Assembly (NCBI GenBank): GCA_028534125.1
Contig: CM052816.1
Location: forward strand, 27,220,001 to 27,284,000
Length of the DNA: 64,000 nucleotides
Source: Lama glama
Taxonomy: Eukaryota
Direction: 5' to 3'
Under the pieces are notes generated by a model, which ran no database searches, was not told the origin of the DNA, and saw nothing but the letters and a program-made list of their open reading frames with translations. Of the stretch, positions 1-9,234 are shown one piece after another; positions within the stretch are counted from its first letter, which is position 1, and the number at the start of each line of letters is the position of its first letter. A program made the translations under genes and the position numbers.

Positions 1-765
1 TGCACCAACCTAAAAACAGTTACTAAGAGGGATTGTGGAATCTCATTCTCTGGAGGTTTATTAAAGAACATATCCACTTTCCTCTGTCTGGAATGGTTTG
101 CATGCACCTCTTCTAGCCAGCGCTGGGAGGCAGTGCATCTTGCAGGTCTCTGCCCTGTATACCGTGCTTTTCTTTTCGATGTGTTTATTACCAGAAAGCA
201 GAAGAAAGGGCTCTCTTACCTTACAATCAGAAGATCTAAGAGCAGGCAGAGATGGTAAAGTCACTTCCTGGCTGATGGTTTTCAACTGGGTAATCCTCCA
301 AGAACTAACATCAGCCAAACCTGCAACATTTAGGAGATTGTGGGGTCTGAACTTGTGTTTGGGAAGATGTTAGTATGTATTTGAAACTTCATCTCACAGC
401 CATTCTGAAATACTCATTGCACAACAGAGGAAATTTTCAGCCCTGGTTTTAAATTTTCTTCCCTCTTGCGGGCTTAGGGACCGACCTCAATGTTATTTTA
501 ACTTTGTTTCCTCCAGGCAAGGAGATTTACTTAATTAGGTAGTCAATCAAGAAACCCTGTGACTGAACACTTAGTACAGTGCAGCGCGTGTGCTCCTTAT
601 GGTTTGTGGTGTGTCTGGAAAATAAAAGGGGCACATGAGATGAAGCACCCCTGTTTAAACGTGTCTTGGAGGAAGCTGAAGGATGTTCGAATAAAATCAC
701 AATTTTAAGTGTTCCTCGTGCCAAGATAAATTCTGGTAAAATGGTCCTAAAATCAGAGATGTGAT

Positions 766-1046
766 CAGACATAGAAAACAAACCTATGGTTACCAAAGGG
801 GAAAGGTAGTGGCAGGGAGGGATAAATAAGGGGTCTGGGATTAGCAGATACAAACTACTATACATAAAATAGATAAACGACATGGTACTACTGCATAGCA
901 CAGGGAAATACATATCTTGTAATAACCTATAATGAAAAAGAATATGAAAAGAAATATATATATATTTATAACTGAATCAGGATGCTATACACCAGAAACT
1001 AACACAACGTTATTAATCAACTATACTTCCAAAAAAAAAAAAAAAA
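766..1046 (+). mobile_element. L1 3' end (5'-truncated) with poly(A)
   Basis: cagacatagaaaacaaacctatggttaccaaagggg...tgctatacaccagaaactaacacaac followed by an A-tail. Confidence 0.9.
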
Positions 1047-1471
1047 CCAACTGGAGGTGTGACTTTTCTTAGTTGTCAAGAGTTTAAATCTCGGAAGAAA
1101 CAATAGCTAAGAATTCCCTTGGAATGCAGATTTTGTACATACAGGCAGAAAGAAGCCCTTTCTGTGTCTTCTGATCACTCTAAAGCTTAAGGATGAATTG
1201 CTTCCTCTTACAGACTTATCATTACAATCCAGCAACTGTTCAAAATGTGACATCATGAGATTTTCTCACAAATGTGTGTGCAGATCCAGGTAAACAGGGA
1301 AGTTTGCAGCCATGATATCAGGAATCCATTTAAGCAAGCTACAAAAAGAATGGCTCCTTTCTCCTTGAAGTCTTTATATATAGATTTTGGAAACTGGCTT
1401 TGACAATAAATCCTGCACAGAAAGGTGGGCCCTAAAAGGCAACCACCATCGGTAACATAATGACAAGTAAC

Positions 1472-2089
1472 TTTTTTTTTTATTGTTTATTTACAATGTT
1501 ATGCTAGTCTCTGGTGTACAACATCATGATTCAGTTAAACACACACATATACATATACTCTTTTTTATATTCCTTTTTATTATAGGTTACTACAAGATAT
1601 TGAATATAGTTCCTGTGTGATACAGTAGGACCTTGTGCCTATCTAGTAGTACAGCATGTGCCTATCTATTTTATACATAGTAGTTAGTATCTGAAAATCC
1701 CCAACTCCCAATTTATCCCTTCCCCCCTTTCCCTCTGGTTAACCATAAGTTTGTTTTCTATGTCCAGGAGTCTGTTTCTGTTTTGTAAATAAGTTCGTTT
1801 GTGTCATTTTTTAAGATTCCACATGTAAGTGATATCACATGGTATCTGTCTTTCTCTTTCTGACTTCACTCAGTATGCCAATCTCTAGGCCAGTCAATGT
1901 TGCTGCAAATGGCATTATTTTATTCTTTTTTATGGCTGAGTAGTATTCCATGATAGATAGCTAGATAGCTAGCTAGCTAGCTAGATAGATAGATAGATAT
2001 GTAGGGAGAGAGAGGGGGAGAGAACCACTACTTATGGACATTAAGGTTGCTTCCATGTTTTGGCTGTTGTAAATAGTGCTGCTGTGATG
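1472..2089 (-). mobile_element. L1 3' end with internal (GATA/GCTA)n microsatellite at about 1952-1998
   Basis: Poly-T followed by the reverse complement of the L1 3' UTR. Flanking AGTAACTTT repeat at about 1466 and 2090 is a probable TSD. Confidence 0.9.
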
Positions 2090-2747
2090 AGTAACTTTCA
2101 GTCTAACTTGTTATTTATTCCCTGTACCTACTATTCACTGGCTGTAACAAACTGAGAAAATTTAAAATATATTTATATTGAAAAGTACAGTTCTTTCAAC
2201 AGAGATGAATTGAAGGTGAATCAGTGCTACAAATAACAATAGATAAGTTTATTAACTTGTTAACATGTAATTAACTCAAATACAGAAAATGAGGAAGGGA
2301 ACCTTAAGAGAAGGGAAGTATGAATTATTCATCTGTGAGCAGCAAAATTTTTGCATAAGGGACAAGTGGTACAAAAAAAGGGGGGAAGCTGAATGTAGAA
2401 TGAAAGCTCTCTTCCATCTCTTTTGATCATTCTTTTCTTTGAACTCAGGTAACATGTTTTACCTGTTACTGGGTGAGTTTTCTTCCATCTCATACCACCT
2501 TGCCCTGCCTCACCAGCATAAAGGAACAGAAGGTGGCTTTTGTGCTGTAACTCAAGGTGGTGGTGACAGACCTAGACTCTTTCACCATAAGCTCCAGGAG
2601 ACACACATACCTGCACCAAGTTCATCTTTGCCAAGAGAAGACCCTCTACTCCTACCCATCTCCACCCATACAATCCTAAACACCATCCTCTCCCCATTCA
2701 ACCACCCTCCCTGACGGGAGAAGGAGAGAAAGTAGAAAGAAAACGAT

Positions 2748-2818
2748 AATAGATAAACAAGATTATACTGTACAGCACAGGGAAATATATACAGGATCTT
2801 GTGATAGCTCTCAACGAA
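2748..2818 (+). mobile_element. Short L1 3' UTR fragment adjacent to the provirus
   Basis: aatagataaacaagattatactgtacagcacagggaaatatatacaggatcttgtgatagctc is homologous to the L1 at 869-930. Confidence 0.7.
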
Positions 2819-2848
2819 ACTGGCCCTTGGAGCCCCTACCACACCCTG

Positions 2849-3262
2849 TGTCAGAGTCAGAGAGAAAGAAAGGAGAGACAACTCAATGGCAGAGTCAAGC
2901 TTATTTTTGGAAAACCTGCAAAGGGGGTCTCCAGTTAGACTGGAGCCTGCGCTCCGCATACAGGCTTTGGGAGAGACCCACAGAGGGGGTCTTCAGACAG
3001 ACTGGAGCCCGTTTTTCTGCGAAAAAAGCAGCGGATCAGTGAAATGGAGGTTTGGTCGTATCTATCACCCCGTGCCTCATCTTGCACTTCACATACATTT
3101 GTGTATGACCTCTCCTGCCCTGATAGACAACAAGCAACTTAGGTAACAGCTCTCTTACACCGTTAATCAGCATTCCCTTGCACACAAAGTTGGTGTGGGT
3201 TTCAACATCAGTTAAATAAAATGAATGAGCAGAACTGGGCAGGCAGGGGGTAAACTGGGGAA
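2849..3262 (-). repeat. 3' LTR of the provirus (promoter segment missing, probably 5'-truncated)
   Basis: Homologous to the 5' LTR at both ends. Fused directly to the truncated gag with no polypurine tract. Confidence 0.8.
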
Positions 3263-4046
3263 ATGGGCCTCAGCTACTGCCCAGACTACGTCCCCGGCCC
3301 TCTTTGGGAGAAACGTGAGGAAAGGATAATGTAAATGTCATGCCAGGTCAGGTCGTAGGACTGGGTAACGTATAGGAATTCCTTCTGGAAGGTGACAGGA
3401 TCTGCTGAGTATGACTCGCATCGTTTTTCGATGGTTGAGGTCAGAGAGGGAAAAAGGGACATGGACTAGGATGATGCTGTTAGTGCCTGCTACCTCACGG
3501 AGGGGGAGAATGGCTGAGGTTGTGGAGTCAGGGGCTGAGGGTTGGGTTTGAGCTCTCGTGCGCAGGGGAGAGAGGAGAGTGGGCCTCAGCGGGGGAAGGA
3601 GGGTCGGGGTTCTAGAGAGGAGGGGGTTCGTCTGCGGGATAAACTCGAATATGGAAGGCTTGGTGAGAGGATTTTGGGGGTCAGCTTTTGGGAGGCTGGG
3701 GTTGTCGAAGAGGGGGTTCAGTTAGGAGGAGAATCTGTTAGGGAGAGCAAGATTGGCAGAGGGAGCGATGAGATCTGAGGTACCAAAAGGCTTGGAGATA
3801 GGGGACCTCTGACCATTTTCCATTGTGCTGGAGGAAATTGTCAATGTCTTTAAGAATTTGGAAATCAAAAGTGCCGTTTTCTGGCCACTGGCTGTCATTG
3901 TCAAGTATATATTGTGGCCATACAGTACTACAAAGGAAATTGAGAAGTTTAGGTCTGACAACCTCTTGAAGGTCAAGGTTTCAAATGTTCCGAATCAGAC
4001 AGCCTAAAGTAGTGTACCAGGGGGGCTTAGAGTAAGCCTCACCCAC
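3263..4046 (-). pseudogene. gag: Decayed retroviral gag (matrix, Pro-rich linker, N-terminal capsid)
   Basis: Manual translation: TLGCLIRNI*...FLCSTVWPQYILDNDSQWPENGTFDFQILKDIDNFLQHNGKWSEVPYLQAFWYLRS and ILPLREVAGTNSIILVHVPFSLSDL / IEKRCESYSADPVTFQKEFLYVTQSYDLTWHDIYIILSS. Contains frameshifts and a stop. Confidence 0.9.
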
Positions 4047-4419
4047 TGTAGGTGAGCAACGAGGGAACCCCAGGCCACAGGGAGAGCGGGGGCGTCCCCG
4101 CCGCTGTCAAAAGTTGCCGGCAGAGGCAAGAGCGCAAACGGGGGCGTCCCGACCAAATTCGGTCTGCTTACGAGCAGAATAGTCAGAACCTCGTGGTGTC
4201 CCACAAAAATCATGACTATCAAGCACCCAGTGGTGACCTGAAACAGATTCCCACCTGGCCGGGGCTTCAGAGAGAGAGAGGGGTCCTGGACCAAGGGAGG
4301 GGGTCTCAAGCGCTAGTCACCAATTAGAAGAGACGGGATGAGTGACAAGTCATGGACCAGTACTGGATGCCACAATGGAAAAAGGGTTCTGCCGGAGCCG
4401 TTAAAGGGAGGGGGGAGAG

Positions 4420-4723
4420 AGAGGAAAGAGAGGAGACACACTGGACGGGCAGTCAGGCGGTCCTGGTCTCCAAAACTCCCTTCAGAAGTCAACCGGAGAG
4501 TCGCCCCGGCCGTGACCTCGTCACCTGAAGAGAAGAAAACCAGATCCTTCGCACGACTACTCTGTGAGGAGCAAGAAAGGAAAGAGAGGCGACACCCTGG
4601 ATGGGCAGTCGGGCGGTCCCCGTCTCCAAAACTCCCTTCGGAAGTCAGCCGGAAAGTAGCCCCGGCCCTGACTTCATTTGAAGAGAAGGAAACCAGATCC
4701 TCGGCGCGACTCCTGTGAAAGGA
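4420..4723. repeat. Tandem duplication of about 155 bp in the ERV leader
   Basis: Two copies of ggaaagagagg.gacac.ctgga.gggcagtc.ggcggtcc..gtctccaaaactcccttc.gaagtca...ccagatcct. Confidence 0.9.
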
Positions 4724-4850
4724 GATAAAGTCGGAAAAGAAACCTACCTCAGAGTCCGGGAGTCAGCCCGGGCCAGCTGCCGCAGCCCACTGCTTCCGAG
4801 GTTGTACGGAGGGAGACTAAAGCGAGGAAGAGACTGGTCCCGGGCTTCGG

Positions 4851-4868
4851 TCCCGGGTTTTGGCACCA
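4851..4868 (-). promoter_or_regulatory. Primer binding site for tRNA-Phe
   Basis: Minus strand TGGTGCCAAAACCCGGGA is a 17/18 match to TGGTGCCGAAACCCGGGA, the complement of the tRNA-Phe(GAA) 3' end. Confidence 0.9.
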
Positions 4869-4871
4869 AAA

Positions 4872-5510
4872 TGTCAGAGTTGGAGAGAAAGAAACAAGAA
4901 AGAAGCTGAACGCCAGAGTCAAGTCTATTGTTGGTACACCAGCAACAACACTGCGCAAATGGACTGGAACCCATGTATCTGAGTACAGGCTTGTTTATTT
5001 ATCCCCACGGGAGAGAGCTGATTGGTGGGCTCTTATGCAAATGAGGAGTACTGAGAGGTAAGTTTTGATTGGTGGGTATACTGAAAGTGGAAGGCGTGTG
5101 TCTGAAAGAGAGAGGGGCGGGGATGAATGGTCCCGCCGATAGTCCTCACTCAGGTCCGGGGAGGCAGCAGTTGTTATGCAGATGTGGTATGCTGAAAGGT
5201 AAGTGCTGATTGGTGGGTTTTGCAGAAGGCATAACTTGCTTGCGGTGGGCTCGGTTTGTCCCAAAGTAGCAGCGGATCAGCGGAACAGAGGTTGTTCGTG
5301 TCTGTCACCCTGTGCCTTGTCTTACACTTTACATACATGTGTATGTGACCTCTCCTGCCCTGGATAGACAATAAACAACTCGGATAACAACTCTCTTACA
5401 CCCTGAATCATCATTGCCTTGCACACACAGTTGGTGTGGTGGGTTTCAACATCAGTTAAATAAAATGAACGAGCAGGATTGGGGAGACAGGGGGTACGGT
5501 GGGGAAAAAA
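4872..5510 (-). repeat. 5' LTR of the provirus
   Basis: Ends TGACA 3 nt before the PBS. 4872-4992 is homologous to 2849-2968 and 5270-5505 to 3030-3260. Contains CCAAT boxes and a TATA-like ATAAATAA. Confidence 0.8.
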
Positions 5511-5699
5511 ATGATCGAAACGTTTGTATTTATTTCAGCCTACATATTTTCAGAAGGTCTAGAGAAGGCTTATAATAGAGATGCGTCACAACTATTTAAA
5601 AAGGAGTAAGAACAAAGAAAAGGGGTGGTGTTGAGAAAGACTGGTATTTAGCCAGAGGGGTCGCCATACCCACGTATGCCACCAACTGCAGACTGTGTA

Positions 5700-5850
5700 C
5701 GGTTACCATCCGCGAGTGAATGAATCCGCGAACGTAGAAACCCAAGGACATAGGGGGCTAACTACGGGACTTTAGTAATCTTCGGACTTAGGTATCCATC
5801 GCAGCTCTAGTAACCAGTCCAACGCGGAGATAGGGTGGAAGAATGACTGA
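5700..5850. mobile_element. Degenerate Tigger/MER2-like DNA transposon fragment
   Basis: Resembles the recalled MER2/Tigger3 terminus (gggact...ggtatcc...aacca.tcc...gcgga.a...atgactg). Confidence 0.45.
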
Positions 5851-6468
5851 AAAAACTAAGCTAAAGATTGCTACTGAGATGGAATGCAAACTTCACTTTT
5901 GGCCTTTTCCTGGCAGGCAAGACAAAAAGGAAAACACAGGTTATATAAGATTCTTATTAGCTAATAAAAAGAAGCATGCCAGTTTTTCCATAGAAGCAAA
6001 TTTTTTTTCCTAGCACTAACTCTAAGAAGACTTTATTTTATGGCCCCTAATAGAGCCATTGGGTTTTTTTTAACATATGATGGTTTCAGTAACAGTTTTA
6101 TTTTAAAAAATACACAGAAACTTTTCCTCTCTGTGGCTACTTCCTGTATTGATTTTTGGTAAGTGCCATAGTTCACAGATGACATTTCTTCGAGGATGTA
6201 GTTCAGTCATCAGCAGTGAAATGACGTTGATGGATTACATCTGGGTCCATAGCCTATGGAAGGACCCTGAGAAAGGTACATGGTAATAATGACCACAGAC
6301 TACCACACTAAATATCAATTTGACATTATTAGCAAACAACGTTGTATTCAGAGTGTAACTTTGGATGCATTCTTTGAAATTTGTCTAAATCTGCTTTGGC
6401 ACATGCATTTTGCTTTGATTCTGGGCTTTCATCATAATAAAATACTCTGAATTCCTTATAGATACAAT

Positions 6469-6895
6469 TGTTGCCAGAGAATAGGCTCTTGATTTGCACA
6501 GGAAAGAATTCAAGTGTGGCATAGTAAAGTGAAAGTAAGTTTACTCAGGGAGATACACACTCCATAGGTAGAGTGCAGGCTGTCTCAGAAGGCAAGAGAG
6601 AGCAACCACAAGGTGCAGGGTTGTTATTTTTTAATAGACTTGGTAACTTCACATGCTAGTGGAGGATTGTTTCAACTATTTTGGGGAAGGGATGAAGAGT
6701 TACAGTAATCAGGCCTCGCCCACTTTTGGACCTTTTATGGTCAGCCTAGGAACTGTCATGGCTACTGTGGGTGCCCCATGAGGCTCAAGATCTACTGGAA
6801 GTTGAATCTTCTGCCATCTTGGTTCTAACAAGTTTGTTCTCAATTGTGTCATTCCTTCAGTGGTTGTGCCCTGCCCTCTTCCCTCCTATTTCACA
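6469..6895 (-). mobile_element. Solo ERV1 LTR (MER41/MER4-group-like)
   Basis: TG...CA ends flanked by ACAAT at 6464-6468 and 6896-6900. Minus strand begins (TG)TGAAATAGGAGGGAAGAGGGCAGGGCACAACC. Confidence 0.75.
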
Positions 6896-7079
6896 ACAAT
6901 CAAACTGATTTCAGTAGCTCCTAAACTCCTATGAAGAGAAACCACTCGGGGGGATTTAAAAGGGGTTCTAAAAGAAAAGTTCTCTGGTTTACAAATCAGT
7001 TAAAGTACCAAACACCATTAAACAAAATTTCTTTTGCACTCTGAGATTCTTCAAGAGTTGGACATGCTAATATGCTCAC

Positions 7080-7435
7080 AGTTTGAGTTCCCTGGTAAAT
7101 GGACTCTGACCTCGAGATGTGTGGGAAATTTATTATAAATGGCTGCAGGGATCAACTCTCAGGGGAAGGGAAGGGAGCAGGAGGAGGCAGAGGAAGAAAT
7201 TGGGCCAAATGCATGGGGAGCTCTGGAGATAGGATGGCTTTTTGAAGTTGTCCCCAGAGAGGCTGAACCTGTCTCCTCCCTCACTGACTGGTCACAGGCT
7301 GCCCTGGGAAGGGGCGTGCTTTGGGGCAAGGTGGCTCTTCAGCCAAAAGCAATGCCCAGAGAAGGCTAGCACCTGAGGGCTGTGGGCCAGGAGCACTGCC
7401 CACTGCTGGGAGAATAAGTCCTTTGTTTCTGAACA
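7080..7435 (-). mobile_element. Old ERVL LTR (LTR16-like)
   Basis: Motifs ggggagctctggag..ggatgg...gaagttgtccc and gctgccctgggaaggggcgt resemble recalled LTR16. Boundaries approximate. Confidence 0.55.
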
Positions 7436-7669
7436 TGGTCTATCACAATATGTTATGGGATTTTGTACGCACTGTTCACCAAACTAACAAAACCTACTTT
7501 AATCCTACTTTGGAGCACAGCCAAACATCTCCTAGACCTAGTGGTGGAGAGAATACAATTTGGGAAATGTGGTTTTATTCCAGTGGACTGGATGTAAATA
7601 ACTTCTTCTGCATGATGAATGCATCAGTTAGGTTTTAAACTTGTCTACTTCTACCAGAAGTCAGGTGTC

Positions 7670-8060
7670 AGTGACTTAGTCAATGAGAAAAGCTTATTTT
7701 ACTCACATAACGGGCCAGATGGTCCAGGGCTGACCCGGCTGCTCACGGAACCAGGCTCCTTTGCTTCCTTTTTTGGCACATGACTTTATTCTCATGGCTG
7801 CAAGGGGTGCTGCTCTACCCCGGGGGAAAAGTACAGGGGCAAAGACTAGTGCCAAGTAAGCTTCCTCCTCCACAAAATCTTCTAAAGCACCATCTCGTGC
7901 TTTCTACTGACTTTCCATTAGCCAGAACCGAGTCACATGGCCATTCCTAATTTCAAGGGCATCTGGGAAAGTCATTTCACCTGAAAACATTTAACTGCCT
8001 TCTCTTAATTAGGGAGAAAGGGAGAAAGGCTACTGAGAAGGAAACTAGCACTGCCTACCA
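7670..8060 (-). mobile_element. Old MaLR LTR (MLT1-like)
   Basis: cattagccagaaccgagtcacatggccattcctaatttcaagggcatctgggaaa is typical of MLT1. Boundaries approximate. Confidence 0.55.
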
Positions 8061-8989
8061 CAAATAAGAGAATTTAACTCCTTCCTTCCTTGTTCCTAAC
8101 TGGCAGAGCAACTGCAGGAACACATTCCACAGAAAAAAATGGATAAAATATATTTATAAAACATAAACATAAATCAGACCACAACGTCACAACTGATTGC
8201 TCCACTTTTCAAATTTATCCCATTTAACTCAGACTTTCCACATTTCATCAAAAGCACTATGCATTTATTAACATAGATTTATGGTTGCATTTATATCACT
8301 TGGGACAGAGTTGTGCACGTGGCAGGCATTCACTCTCTGTGTGTGTGTGTGATGTGTAAACAAAGGAACATGGCTGGCACAGAACACGACATTGTACTGT
8401 GTAATGAGGTCATATGTCATGCATCTTGCTGGCATATTCTGGGAAGCCCCTGCAATGATGGTTAGGGAGTAGGTTTTAGTCTTTGCTTTGGTGTGCTTTT
8501 GTCTTCATTTTGCCACTGCCAGATGGGTAACTTTCTGATGATTTGACTTTTAGAAACATAGACTTAGGAAGCTCAGGGAAATAACCATTGAAAAGCTAGC
8601 TTCATTATGATGAAACATGAAAGTGCAATGACCCCATCCTTCACTGAAAAATTGTTGTTCTGTCTTCTACCTATCCCATCCAGGAAAGAAGATTCACTTT
8701 CTAGAATTATATGATTTGTAAATTTCCTACATTTGAAACTATAGTGTTGAATATAATTTTCAGTGTTTAGACACATTACACATAAGAGAGCAATGACCCC
8801 AATGACACTTCCCTAGAACATCTAATAGCCTCTTGTCCACACCCTATCCCAGGTTTAGGGGTACATTGTTCTTCCCCTCTCCTTGAGGAAAGCTCTTTTT
8901 TGGGCAAGACTATCTTCTCAAATATTGTCTCAATAGATAGTTGACAGTATCACAAAATTAAAAATAGATGCCATGGTAAATGCTGGAAG

Positions 8990-9234
8990 ATTCTGCATTT
9001 CTAATATGCTCCCAGTTGAGGTCAATGCTGACAGTGCCTGCACACACTCTGAATAGAAAACACTGGTTTTAAAAGTTGACAGCACATTGGAGTCCTGGGG
9101 GAGTTTTTACGAGTACTGCTGCCCGGTTCTACACTAGAAAGTTGGATTTATTTGTTACGGGGTTAGGTTGGGCATCAGATTTTTAAATGCTCCCCCAGGG
9201 GATTCTAATGTGCAACAAAGTTTGAGAACCACTG
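8990..9234. mobile_element. MER5-type hAT-Charlie MITE fragments
   Basis: tctgcatttctaa..gctcccag and ctcccccaggggattctaatgtgca..aaagtttgagaaccactg terminus. Confidence 0.7.

Larger units (their letters stand above)
2849..5510 (-). mobile_element. Internally deleted class I (ERV1, HERV-H/F-like) provirus: 5'LTR-PBS-leader-gag(MA, partial CA)-3'LTR
   Basis: Two homologous LTR copies both end ...CTCTGACA on the minus strand. PBS-Phe and a gag remnant are present; no pol or env. The right boundary is approximate. Confidence 0.9.

Noticed and set aside
4338..4718. 126-aa ORF with an internal repeat
   Set aside because: Antisense to the ERV leader. The peptide repeat only reflects the DNA duplication.
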